This document shows, piece by piece, positions 37,466 to 47,170 of a stretch of 64,000 nt of DNA (position 1 is its first letter; each line of letters begins with the position of its first letter). The notes under the pieces are model-generated. The model searched no databases, was not told where the DNA came from, and saw nothing but the letters and a program-made list of their open reading frames with translations. The DNA is taken from positions 1 through 64,000 of the forward strand of contig DXJL01000066.1 of NCBI GenBank assembly GCA_019057635.1. The letters are read 5' to 3'. Both the position numbers and the translations under genes were made by a program. Source of the stretch: Candidatus Heimdallarchaeota archaeon. GTDB lineage: Archaea; Asgardarchaeota; Heimdallarchaeia; Hodarchaeales; Hodarchaeaceae.

Positions 37466-38974
37466 ATGACATCCAGATTTCTACAAGCTGTTCGACCCTT
37501 TATGTCAATTACTCCTGAGGTTGTAAAACCTACTCGTGAAGTTCATTTCAATGAAAAAATGATCTGGACTTTTGCTGCCCTTGTAATATATTTTGTTATG
37601 ACTTCTACACCCATTATCGGTGCAGATTTAGGAGAAGGGGATCCTTTTGCTTTTATGAGGACTATTACTGCTTCCACACAGGGATCACTTGCTGAGCTAG
37701 GGATAGGGCCTATAGTAACTGCAGGATTAATTATGCAAATCTTGGTTGGTTCAAAGATAATTAATGTCAATATGGGAGATCCAGAGGAAAGGTCCCTCTA
37801 TACTGGCGCTCAGAAAGTTATGTCCGTTTTGATGACAATCATAGAGGCTGGCGCTTTTATCATAGGTGGAACTTATGGTACAGATCTATCTCTTAGCTCT
37901 CAAGTAGGGATTATTTCACAATTATTGACCGCAGGAATTATTATTATCTTGTTAGATGAGATGATACAAAAAGGCTGGGGTTTAGGCTCAGGAATTTCGT
38001 TATTTATTGCTGGAGGAGTCGGGTTACAGATCTTCCAAGGATTGTTTGCCCCAAATAATATTTTGGAAGGGCCAAATGGAGTAACTTCTGCACGTGGAAT
38101 TGTTCTAGCATTTATTTACTGGTTAGGAGAAGAAGGACCATTATCTGCTTTTGGAAACCTGTTTTTCAGGTATAGCACTAATCCAGCCCACAATTTAAAT
38201 TTACCTTCTTTGTCTATCCTCTCAGTAATCGCTACACTTGTCGTATTCGTTATTGTGATCTATTTTGAATCAATGAGAATAGAAATTCCAATTTCTTATG
38301 CTCAATATAAAGGAATTAGGTCTACTTATCCTATAAAATTACTCTACGTCTCAAATATCCCGGTAATTCTAACCTCAGCGGTATTTGCAGATATATACTT
38401 TATAGCCCAGATGATTTGGAATAGCTCTGGCCGTGAAAATTCAACAAGTCTATTGACACAAATTCTTGGAACGTTTAGACTGGATGCTGTAAATAATCAA
38501 TATGTTCCAATAGGAGGACTTGTGTACTTTTTAACACCTCCGCGTTCATTAATTGGGGATCAAGGTGTTATTAATTTCGCAGATCCATTGAGTTCTCTCA
38601 CACGAGCCTTTATATACGCTATCATTCTGATTCTCCTTTCAGTGGTCTTTTCTATGATGTGGTTGGAGACAGCGGGTATGGGCCCAAGAGATGTTGCAAG
38701 TCAATTTCTCCAATCGGGTATGCAGATGCCTGGATGGAGACGAAGCAAAAAAATTGTTGAACGACGCCTTGAAATGTATATCCCGACAATTGCAATTATC
38801 GGTGGCCTTTTCATTGGGATTCTTGCCGCTTTTGCTGACTTCTTGGGGGCAATCGGTTCAGGTATGGGAATTCTCCTCTCTGTTAGTATTATGAGGCAAT
38901 ACTTTGAACTAATTAGCAAAGAACGGGTCGCTGAGATGAATCCTGCTCTACGTGGGTTCCTAGGGATTAACTAG
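37466..38974 (+). CDS. secY: Preprotein translocase SecY/Sec61 alpha
   Basis: ELGIGPIVTAGLIMQIL, KGWGLGSGISLFIA, YPIKLLYVSNIPVIL, GAIGSGMGILL; ATG 37466 follows a GAGGT SD. Confidence 0.97.
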   Translation: MTSRFLQAVRPFMSITPEVVKPTREVHFNEKMIWTFAALVIYFVMTSTPIIGADLGEGDPFAFMRTITASTQGSLAELGIGPIVTAGLIMQILVGSKIINVNMGDPEERSLYTGAQKVMSVLMTIIEAGAFIIGGTYGTDLSLSSQVGIISQLLTAGIIIILLDEMIQKGWGLGSGISLFIAGGVGLQIFQGLFAPNNILEGPNGVTSARGIVLAFIYWLGEEGPLSAFGNLFFRYSTNPAHNLNLPSLSILSVIATLVVFVIVIYFESMRIEIPISYAQYKGIRSTYPIKLLYVSNIPVILTSAVFADIYFIAQMIWNSSGRENSTSLLTQILGTFRLDAVNNQYVPIGGLVYFLTPPRSLIGDQGVINFADPLSSLTRAFIYAIILILLSVVFSMMWLETAGMGPRDVASQFLQSGMQMPGWRRSKKIVERRLEMYIPTIAIIGGLFIGILAAFADFLGAIGSGMGILLSVSIMRQYFELISKERVAEMNPALRGFLGIN

Positions 38975-39059
38975 AAATAAATTTATCCCTATTCCTTCTT
39001 TTTTCTCTTTTTGCAGGGTATTATCAGAGTAATGGATTGAATTGTTGTCCTCATGATTG

Positions 39060-40472
39060 TTATTTTGAGTTCCTTAGGTTTGTTGAATTTTTTGACCCGA
39101 CTTCCTTAGCTTTAAACAGAAGGAGGATCCCAGTAACGCTAAGCATGAAAAGAAATAGTAATGTTTCTAAAAATCCTATTTTCTCCAAAATAAATCCAAG
39201 AATACTAAATCCGATTATAGAGACTGTGAGAGACAACGTATTCAAATAAGATTCTTGAGAGCTTCGATATTCTGATAGTGTTATATCGTAATATAAATGC
39301 CAATGAAGTCCTGAGGTCAACCCACTGATAATGAGCCGACTCAAGAAAATAATTATAATAAATATCAGACGCCAATAATAACTGATATTCACTAGGAGAA
39401 TAAAGAAAAATAAAATCCAAGCTAGAGGGAAATTCAGAGTATAAAATGCAACTAATCCTTGACGGGGAGATTTAATAAATGATGTGAATCTACCTGAAAA
39501 CCTACTTGAAACTCCGTATATAAAATCTGTAATAGAATTAATTAAAGATATAATCAATATAGCGAGTGAACTAAAATCAATTTTGACATATTCTCCATTC
39601 ACAACATTATCAGAAGATAATAAAGAATAAATAATTAATGGAAAAACAATAGTTGTGAAAGCCAGTGAAGTAAAACTAAGGATACCAAAACTAAGAAAAT
39701 AGGGTGAGACAGCGAGGTATTTTATCCGTAAATTATTCCCCAAATTTCTAATATTTGAAAAAAGATGGAACTTATTATTCTCAGATGTTAAGCGAACATG
39801 TATATTCCTCCCTACAGGGTTATAGTTCACCATAATAATAAATCCAAGAATGAAACCCACTAATGCAATAAATGCCTGTAATAAAAATATCAATTGGGGA
39901 GCTAGATGCACTTGGTACAATAAAATTCCTCCCAAAATGGTTAAAGAGGAAACTGCGATCATTTTAACGAATTTCACATTGCCCATTGTACTTCGAAATA
40001 GTCTCTCACTTTTTTCATTTCTATCCACAATATTTTCCCAAGAATTCAGAAACCATGCAATAAATGAACCTGAAAGAAGGGCAGAAAATATACCTACTAA
40101 TATTTCAAGACATAATAGCTGAAACGAACTCGTAGCAAAAATTAATCCTAGGTAATAAATCGTTAAACATCCTAAAGCCGCACAAAAGGCCCCTCTTTGA
40201 CCAAACTTGTCAGTGAGCATCCCTAATGGAAGATCTAATACAATCCCAAAGAACATACCAATGGCTACGATACTACCAAAAAGTGCGTATGATCCAAGAA
40301 TTGAGATATAATATAAAGAAATCCATGCATGGCTAAGATAAATTACTGTAATGATGAGTTCAAGACTAAAAAACCTCAATGTTAGGCTTTTCAGTTCTTT
40401 CGGATAATATTTTACACCCAATAAGGTATCAACATATAACATTTGTTTAATCTCCTGTTCATAAACAATCAT
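39060..40472 (-). CDS. MFS transporter
   Basis: PLGMLTDKFGQR motif A; about 12 TMs. Confidence 0.8.
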   Translation of the reverse strand: MIVYEQEIKQMLYVDTLLGVKYYPKELKSLTLRFFSLELIITVIYLSHAWISLYYISILGSYALFGSIVAIGMFFGIVLDLPLGMLTDKFGQRGAFCAALGCLTIYYLGLIFATSSFQLLCLEILVGIFSALLSGSFIAWFLNSWENIVDRNEKSERLFRSTMGNVKFVKMIAVSSLTILGGILLYQVHLAPQLIFLLQAFIALVGFILGFIIMVNYNPVGRNIHVRLTSENNKFHLFSNIRNLGNNLRIKYLAVSPYFLSFGILSFTSLAFTTIVFPLIIYSLLSSDNVVNGEYVKIDFSSLAILIISLINSITDFIYGVSSRFSGRFTSFIKSPRQGLVAFYTLNFPLAWILFFFILLVNISYYWRLIFIIIIFLSRLIISGLTSGLHWHLYYDITLSEYRSSQESYLNTLSLTVSIIGFSILGFILEKIGFLETLLFLFMLSVTGILLLFKAKEVGSKNSTNLRNSK

Positions 40473-40478
40473 TCTTGA

Positions 40479-41852
40479 TTAAGCAGGAGTAAGCTGTTGT
40501 GCAACACTAGAGACTAAACTGAAATTAACAATGGGGAATGATTGAGAATTAACCTCCCCTCCAGATATAATGACAAGATACGGAATTTTTCCTAATATCT
40601 GGGCATAATGTTCCATATACTGTTGAAATCGATCTCCAACAATCATTGCACGATTACCACAATCAAAGAATAGGCCAAATTTTGTGTTGTTTCCAATTAA
40701 AGAAGATAAGCTTTCATCTAGTAAATTCTCAATTGTTACCGCACTTTGATTACAGATATACGATTGATATTTATCTTTATGATTGACATATAGTTTTTTA
40801 GCAACCTGATTCGGTGCAGTAATTAAAGCATGATTAAGATTTGGATTTATTGAAAGTCCATATAAATTTTGACTCTTCTTATCATCTAAAATACATAAAG
40901 GCTTAAAGGGGTGGTAATAGAAATATTTTTGGGTACATTCTTCAAGAATTTCTGGAGTACTCTCCATTTCATATATTTTAAGTAAAGATTTCGCTCCCCA
41001 TTGACCGTCTATTCGCGGAATAAATCCTCCATCCAAATAACTGTCAAGAGAGAAAGGTTTCTGGAAATCTACCGTTGCTCCAGTATCAGTTTTACTCATG
41101 AATCTTAAATCAGGAGAGCTAAGTGATATAAATGTCATAGAATCTTTAAATGCCTTATAATTGTAAAATTGATACGATTTACTCATTGAAATGGGATCTA
41201 CCCCAAATGTACCGGTATAATGAATACCTCGTTGATATAATTCTTGAAATAAAGGCCATGCTGATGAATATGATATTCCAATGCCAAAGAGATTCATGAG
41301 AAAATTAACAACTTTCCCTGTGAACCGGGAAAGAGCTGGTACATCCCTCCAGATTCGATTATTTAAGGCAAAAAATGGATTAAATCCTTCAAGTCTATGA
41401 TTCATTAAATTTACCATAAGTTTCGGAAATCCTAGACCAGGAGGAAAAAAGATGAAACTTGTAGAAGAATTCTGTTTTAATTCTTTATTTTCAATGGTTA
41501 TACATTTTTTTAGAATTTCTTTGGTTTTGGTTCCTGTCCTAAGACGGAAACGCTTAATTAAATGTGTACTGACCGATATACCTGAAAAAAGCATGATTGC
41601 AGCTCCTTTCAGACCATAATCCTTACTATTCGCTATTCCAGTCCCCGAACATCCTGCTAAAGGAATAGTTGGATATGTTTTCTTGATAATCTTTAAAGAT
41701 TGATTATATACTTTCTTACCACCAGGATGGGTTCCAGTAAAGTAAAGAATTCCAGTTGGTTCCGTATTTAACTCAGTTTCAGCTTGTTGAAGAGCTGTCT
41801 TTGTTGCGAATTTTAGATCGTGATTTATACAAAGTCCAACGGAAGTTTTCAT
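40479..41852 (-). CDS. FIST-domain sensory protein
   Basis: FIST-N YPTIPLAGCSGTG; FIST-C GLFFDCGNR, GGEV, VNFS. Confidence 0.75.
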   Translation of the reverse strand: MKTSVGLCINHDLKFATKTALQQAETELNTEPTGILYFTGTHPGGKKVYNQSLKIIKKTYPTIPLAGCSGTGIANSKDYGLKGAAIMLFSGISVSTHLIKRFRLRTGTKTKEILKKCITIENKELKQNSSTSFIFFPPGLGFPKLMVNLMNHRLEGFNPFFALNNRIWRDVPALSRFTGKVVNFLMNLFGIGISYSSAWPLFQELYQRGIHYTGTFGVDPISMSKSYQFYNYKAFKDSMTFISLSSPDLRFMSKTDTGATVDFQKPFSLDSYLDGGFIPRIDGQWGAKSLLKIYEMESTPEILEECTQKYFYYHPFKPLCILDDKKSQNLYGLSINPNLNHALITAPNQVAKKLYVNHKDKYQSYICNQSAVTIENLLDESLSSLIGNNTKFGLFFDCGNRAMIVGDRFQQYMEHYAQILGKIPYLVIISGGEVNSQSFPIVNFSLVSSVAQQLTPA

Positions 41853-42304
41853 TGCTCTAAATCACCTATTGATTGTTTTCTATCTATTACTATTCCTAAA
41901 CGCTTCGCAGTTCTGCTCATCTCTATTTCCATTAATCCAGTATTCGCCCTAGAATGTAATATCACAACTAAAATCCCTGAGTTACCAGCACGGTAGAAAT
42001 AAACTGGAAGTGCTTCATTTTGATCTATTTGTTTATTATATTTTATAGATCTAGCACCATGTTTGAGTTCTTCTTTTGTTTTTGAAATAATGTCTTTTAC
42101 CCATCTAATAACAGTTAGGATAGAACTAGAAGTTTCTGGATTATAAAAAGAGGTTAAAACTCTTCCATCTAAGCGAAAAAGAATTGTTGCTCTTACATCT
42201 CGAAATGTAAAAAGATGGTCAGCTTCTATTTGGATTGATGAGATTGCTCTGGATAATTTTAAGGCCTGATCATCCATATTACTTATTGGAGATTTCATAA
42301 ACAA
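41849..42304 (-). CDS. Roadblock/LC7 (MglB/LAMTOR-like) protein
   Basis: VRATILFRLDGRVLTS; AGNSGILVVIL..ANTGLMEIEMSRTA. Confidence 0.75.
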   Translation of the reverse strand: MFMKSPISNMDDQALKLSRAISSIQIEADHLFTFRDVRATILFRLDGRVLTSFYNPETSSSILTVIRWVKDIISKTKEELKHGARSIKYNKQIDQNEALPVYFYRAGNSGILVVILHSRANTGLMEIEMSRTAKRLGIVIDRKQSIGDLEQ

Positions 42305-43031
42305 TTAATCCTTTTTCTTTTTGAAAACTGATAGGTTGAGGAGTTTCAGAGTGTGACGATCCTCTAAATTTTCTAATACTCATTGTTCGATTGTAGATGC
42401 CTCCTAATCCAATATGTTCTAGTTCTATAATGGAATCGGATAGAAAAAGAGGGATTCTAGCTAAGACATCTCCAAAACCTTTTTCTAATGTGACTACGGC
42501 TGTTCCAATCTCTCTAAGAGATGAAAAAATTCGATTGATTGCGTTACGCTGTTGATTTGGGTCTGAAATTTCTAAAAGTAATGGTGTCAAAGGATCAATT
42601 GCTATTCGTATTCCTCCCGAATATTTTGAAGCGGTTTCTTTTATTATTTCAAGATATTTAGGGAGTTCATTCATAAAAAATCTTAAACCAATTTCTCCTG
42701 AAGTTAATTCTGAGTCGGCATTAAAAGCAACTTGGAATTGTAAATTCCCCTCTCTGTATTTTTCACCAAAGCTTTTCAATCCAATATCACTACAGTCTCT
42801 TAATACCGAATTTATATTTTGCTCTAGTGACACATAGAGAGCTGGAGTGTGTAGATCAGATGAACAATACTGCCAACAAAAAGTGGATTTTCCACACCCA
42901 GGATCCGCAATAATCACGTTGACCGAATGCTCTCTAAATCCACCATTTACAAGGTTGTCAAAGCCGATTACTCCACTAGGTATCCGCGAAGATCGTGCAT
43001 TTATCGTTTTTCTCAATAATTTTTGCATCAT
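42279..43031 (-). CDS. Single-domain KaiC/RAD55-like RecA-superfamily ATPase
   Basis: IPSGVIGFDNLVNGGF, Walker A ADPGCGKST, YVSLEQ, RIAID, RKFRGSSH. Confidence 0.88.
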   Translation of the reverse strand: MMQKLLRKTINARSSRIPSGVIGFDNLVNGGFREHSVNVIIADPGCGKSTFCWQYCSSDLHTPALYVSLEQNINSVLRDCSDIGLKSFGEKYREGNLQFQVAFNADSELTSGEIGLRFFMNELPKYLEIIKETASKYSGGIRIAIDPLTPLLLEISDPNQQRNAINRIFSSLREIGTAVVTLEKGFGDVLARIPLFLSDSIIELEHIGLGGIYNRTMSIRKFRGSSHSETPQPISFQKEKGLIVYEISNK

Positions 43032-43038
43032 TAATTCC

Positions 43039-43629
43039 TCATGAAACTAATAGTTTATTAGATAATTGAGTATTTGAATCTGAAGATATGTTCGTTAATT
43101 TACTGTTTTTTCTTTCGATTGTCAATAGAACTTTCTCAAAAATATTTATAACCGATTTTAAATCTTTAGCTGAACATTTAAAAGAAGTTACACAATTAAA
43201 CCTTTGAATATATCTCGCTAAATCGAAATTTTTCTCATCTTGAGTTGCTAAGTCGGATTTTGTACCAATTAAAAATCGGGGAATAGCAGGTGTGATAAAC
43301 TCAAGCCATTCACTTAGATTGAATAAGGAAGAAAGATCAGTAAGGTCGAAACAAAGTAATGCGGCATCAGCACCCTTACAAAATTCACTAAAGACTCCCA
43401 TGTGTTTGAAATGCTCTTGACCACCAAGATCCCAAATCTGTAGCTTGCTCACTCCCTTATCAGAATGAGTAATAATCTTCGAATGGAACTCTACTGCAAT
43501 CGTTTGTTTCGATTTTGTGAAAAAATAATTATCGATGTATGATTTCGAAATTGTTGTTTTTCCTACACCCCCTTCTCCCAAAAGAACTATTTTCAATGGT
43601 TTTTTTTCTTTCGAAGGAACTAACTGCAA
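43039..43629 (-). CDS. Rab-like small GTPase
   Basis: G1 GEGGVGKTT, G2 TIAVEF, G3 WDLGGQE, G4 TKSD, G5 CSAK; RabF-like KLQIW, FCKGA, CFDLT. Confidence 0.9.
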   Translation of the reverse strand: MQLVPSKEKKPLKIVLLGEGGVGKTTISKSYIDNYFFTKSKQTIAVEFHSKIITHSDKGVSKLQIWDLGGQEHFKHMGVFSEFCKGADAALLCFDLTDLSSLFNLSEWLEFITPAIPRFLIGTKSDLATQDEKNFDLARYIQRFNCVTSFKCSAKDLKSVINIFEKVLLTIERKNSKLTNISSDSNTQLSNKLLVS

Positions 43630-43731
43630 TAATTACACCTAATCCCTTAGTAATTGAGTCTAATTTAAACTCCTAAAAAACACTAAATTTGGGGATATTA
43701 TAAAGAATTTTTTTCTTGATTTCATGGTGGA

Positions 43732-43947
43732 ATGATGAAAAGGCGTTATAGTTTGAAAGGTATTCATTCAATAAACACAAGAATACGAATTAAAAGAAGA
43801 GGTTCTCCACTTGTGGAAGAAGGAATATTGATAGGATTGAGTTTATTCGGTTTTTTGTTAATTTTTTCAATAGTTACAGGAGTCCTAGATTGGCTTTTGA
43901 TAAATGCAGATGAGCTATTACGAGAACTTGGGTCTTTATTTACTTAG
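43732..43947 (+). CDS. Flp/type IV pilin-like protein with a class III signal peptide
   Basis: Basic leader ending KRRG, then SPLVE (Glu at +5), hydrophobic helix, short C-terminus. Confidence 0.6.
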   Translation: MMKRRYSLKGIHSINTRIRIKRRGSPLVEEGILIGLSLFGFLLIFSIVTGVLDWLLINADELLRELGSLFT

Positions 43948-44089
43948 ATGCAGCTCATCTTGACTTTTTTTGTTACAAACCGCTATCTATTGTCTGAAAA
44001 ATACCTATCGGCTATTTGAAATTATTTAATGCTCTCAAAAATTACGTAGATTTGTTTTGCAAAGTAAAAATTATTAAAAGAGTGTGATA

Positions 44090-44164
44090 TGGACCGAGTG
44101 GGATTTGAACCCACGGCCTCCTGGATGCAAACCAGGCGCTGCTACCAAGCTGAGCTATCGGCCC
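44090..44164 (-). tRNA. tRNA-Ala(TGC)
   Basis: GGGCCGA/TCGGTCC acceptor with G3:U70, CCTGG-TTTGCAT-CCAGG anticodon arm, GTGGG-TTCAAAT-CCCAC T arm. Confidence 0.93.
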
Positions 44165-44207
44165 AATGACTTGATTTCTGATTATTTAGTTGTGTTTTAT
44201 TAAGCTT

Positions 44208-44774
44208 TCAATTATCTTTAGGAGGTGGATCTTTCCAAATTTTCATCGGATCTTGCTTTAATTTGAAACGTTTCTGCTCTAGGAGTCTATAGACTGTTCC
44301 ATGTTTTGATCCTCTGATTAGCATATCTATAGCTTCTCTTGCAGAGCGAATTTCCGCTATTTCTCCAATTATAGAGATATGTGATCCAAAAATTGAAATA
44401 TACGTATCCGTTCCAGTCTCAATCATAGATCTAGCTTTTCCCTTCTCTCCGATCAAACGAGATTTTAATCTCAGTATATTATTCTTAGAGCCTTCTAGCT
44501 GAATTGTTTCTAAAAAAGTGTTGTCTTCAATCAGGTAAAAAGCCTTATCTGCATTAAAACCTTTTCCAATTGCTTTTATAATATCTCGTGCTTTCCAAAC
44601 GTACGTCGGATCTATTGTATTTTCAGTGGACAAAATCACTATAGATCCATCATCACTATCAACTTTTACATCTACTCCAGCAAGTGATTCTATTTCTGCT
44701 TTCGTTTCTCCTTTTTTTCCAATTAATACCCCTATCCTACTTCTTGGGATTCTTATTCGGCATGAGATACTCAT
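44208..44774 (-). CDS. KH-domain ribosome biogenesis protein Dim2/Pno1
   Basis: GVLIGKKG, KARDIIKAIGKGF, RLIGEKG, GSKHGTVY. Confidence 0.92.
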   Translation of the reverse strand: MSISCRIRIPRSRIGVLIGKKGETKAEIESLAGVDVKVDSDDGSIVILSTENTIDPTYVWKARDIIKAIGKGFNADKAFYLIEDNTFLETIQLEGSKNNILRLKSRLIGEKGKARSMIETGTDTYISIFGSHISIIGEIAEIRSAREAIDMLIRGSKHGTVYRLLEQKRFKLKQDPMKIWKDPPPKDN

Positions 44775-44792
44775 TAAATCATTTCCTCATAT

Positions 44793-45638
44793 CTATTGTC
44801 TGGAGATCTTATCCTCATCGGTTTTAGTTTCATTATCAACAATTGAGTCAAGAACAGATTCTGCTTCTGGTGTTTTAATTCCTCTTTTTGAAAAATAGTA
44901 AAGTATATTGTCTAAATCTCGTTCCAAAAATTCTTCTGCTTTTGGATGAGAAGTTGTTACACTTTGGCTCATATCTATTAGATACGGAGTAGATTCTTTT
45001 ATTAAGATATTATAAGGAGATAAATCTGCATGTACAAGCCCAGCTTTTTGGTAAACTCTCTTAATCTGGTCCAATATTGCGTTCATCATTGGTTGAGTAG
45101 CTTCATTTGGACTTACTTTTAGCAAAGGAGAAGGAATTCCATTTTGTCCAATTAATTCCATTAAGAGTACATTATTCTTCACTAAAATAGGTTTTGGTAC
45201 GTTAACTCCAGCAAGCATGCATCTACTCAAATTTCTATACTCTTTCTCAACCCATAATTTCACTAAACTTCTAGTTTTTTTGCTGTACTTCCTAAACCGA
45301 ATATCTCCTGAAATATATTTTTCTATAGTCCTGAAATTCAGTGTACTAGTCCTAAAGATTTTAATAACAATTGGTGACTGTATAGAGAGATCATCACATT
45401 TCAATTTCCCTTTTGAGCCGAGTTCTGCGAGAAAAACTCCCGATTCCTTACCAGATGCTATTGTTCCGGAAATAGAATCAATAATCCCCTTACTCTGAAG
45501 ACCTGATAATATTTTTGTTGTATTTCCATCAATTACTGCATTAATTGTCTGGAAATCTTCTTTCCCTTTTCTTTTCTTGCGCCAGCGATCATTCTTATCG
45601 GTTAATTGTTCCCAAAACTTTTTGTCATCGGGTTTCAT
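44793..45638 (-). CDS. rio1: RIO1 kinase
   Basis: IASGKESGVF, IKIF, WVEKEYRNL, LVHADLSPYN, IDMSQ. Confidence 0.93.
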   Translation of the reverse strand: MKPDDKKFWEQLTDKNDRWRKKRKGKEDFQTINAVIDGNTTKILSGLQSKGIIDSISGTIASGKESGVFLAELGSKGKLKCDDLSIQSPIVIKIFRTSTLNFRTIEKYISGDIRFRKYSKKTRSLVKLWVEKEYRNLSRCMLAGVNVPKPILVKNNVLLMELIGQNGIPSPLLKVSPNEATQPMMNAILDQIKRVYQKAGLVHADLSPYNILIKESTPYLIDMSQSVTTSHPKAEEFLERDLDNILYYFSKRGIKTPEAESVLDSIVDNETKTDEDKISRQ

Positions 45639-46248
45639 TTTGTGAAGTCCTCGTAAAAGAGGTTACTAGTTTCCCAAATGAATTTGCAGTTATTCGATTT
45701 TGAATTAGGCTACAATTTGGACATTTCAAGGCGTTTCTTCTGTAGAATTCTAAATCGTGTCCACAGTGATTACATTGAGCAATTACTACTCCTAACCCTT
45801 CACCAATCAGACTGATGTATATAGGTTTCATCTTCCTTACAATTCTAAATTTAAGCCAATCTCCAGGGCGGGTTACCTCGTACATATTTTTAACAAATCT
45901 TCTTGAAGCTTCAGATACATGCAAGATGCTATTCATTGGTAAAGGAACTTTTGTATCATTTATCATATGAATATCTACAGAAGCAATTTGTTTTTTTACA
46001 TATACAACTCTACCAACACCAACGTCTCCTCTCTTGAGGATAAATAAATTTTTAATTGGTTTTACTGTGATCTTATGTTTTTTCAGGTCAGTTATTACTT
46101 CACCTGTGGTCGTAGATAATATGCTTCCATCCTGCTCAAAGCATGTCTCGTCAGGTAAAAATTCCTCTATGACTGCAATTTTGTCACCTGGTACAACTCG
46201 GTTTTGAGTTGAATTTTCTACAAGTCTTTTACTCATTTCCAATCCCAA
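45625..46248 (-). CDS. csl4: Exosome RNA-binding protein Csl4
   Basis: VVPGDKI..EEF, S1 domain (GDVGVGRV, LHVSE), LGVVIAQC..C, CPNC...R. Confidence 0.88.
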   Translation of the reverse strand: MGLEMSKRLVENSTQNRVVPGDKIAVIEEFLPDETCFEQDGSILSTTTGEVITDLKKHKITVKPIKNLFILKRGDVGVGRVVYVKKQIASVDIHMINDTKVPLPMNSILHVSEASRRFVKNMYEVTRPGDWLKFRIVRKMKPIYISLIGEGLGVVIAQCNHCGHDLEFYRRNALKCPNCSLIQNRITANSFGKLVTSFTRTSQNETR

Positions 46249-46384
46249 TGGTAGGTAATGGGGAATAATTTTAATATTCTACTAGAGATTGATCCGTTTT
46301 TTTCATCACTCTACTAAGTAATTCGTGTAGATATTAGTCCTTGATAGAATTCAGATTGGATCTATGTAGTAATCAATACTAATT

Positions 46385-47101
46385 TTAACTAGAATCCTTA
46401 TTGGAAAATCGGATAAGATCTACTTTCACATTATGCTGATCATGGAGATGAAATTTAAATGTTCGAAGTACAGAAAACTCTATAGTAGCAAGTATTGTTG
46501 ATCGTTTATTATAAGAAGATGCAATTCTTTTCCACAAGTTACGTGATTTAGTACTTGTCTTATGCAAAGAAATTACTACTTCAGAATAAGCAAGTGACTT
46601 TCTGAGAAATACTTGATCAATACCTCTCCTCTGAGTTCCAAAAGGAGGATTCATAATAGTCGTTTGGAAGAGATTTTTCCAGTTACTTGGCTCTACAAAT
46701 TCAATTGAAGTATTTAGAAGATCAACATGCAAATGAAGCTTATTCATAGCAGAACGAAGTTGATTAAGAACAGAAAAATCGCTATCAACCCCAATGACTC
46801 TTTCAGAAAAAAATTTTGATATCGGAAGAGTAAACCTACCAGTACCACAACCTAAGTCAACAATATTATTATTAATTAAATCCTTCCTAGTCAGAATGAG
46901 GATAAACGCGATTAGATCACTTGGGAGTGAATATTGTTCTAAACCTATTTTGGGATTTTTGAATGTTTCAATATTATTTACTAATGACTTGATTTCATTA
47001 AATAATACATGTTCACTTCTCAATAAATCCATTTTTTTAGGATAATGAAGAACAAATTGACTCTTTTTAGGGAATGACATCTGTACAAAGGAACATTTCA
47101 A
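46385..47101 (-). CDS. METTL5-like N6-adenine RNA methyltransferase (COG2263)
   Basis: PKIGLEQY, VDLGCGTG, MNPPFG, SLHK. Confidence 0.88.
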   Translation of the reverse strand: MKCSFVQMSFPKKSQFVLHYPKKMDLLRSEHVLFNEIKSLVNNIETFKNPKIGLEQYSLPSDLIAFILILTRKDLINNNIVDLGCGTGRFTLPISKFFSERVIGVDSDFSVLNQLRSAMNKLHLHVDLLNTSIEFVEPSNWKNLFQTTIMNPPFGTQRRGIDQVFLRKSLAYSEVVISLHKTSTKSRNLWKRIASSYNKRSTILATIEFSVLRTFKFHLHDQHNVKVDLIRFSNKDSS

Positions 47102-47170
47102 GAGATATTACTAAAAATTTTTCTCTCCCCCTCATTTCATAAAAAGAAATGAGTTTATTAGAGATAGAAA

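Noticed and set aside
43039-43070. C-terminal prenylation motif on the Rab-like GTPase
   Set aside because: The protein ends in KLLVS with no terminal cysteines
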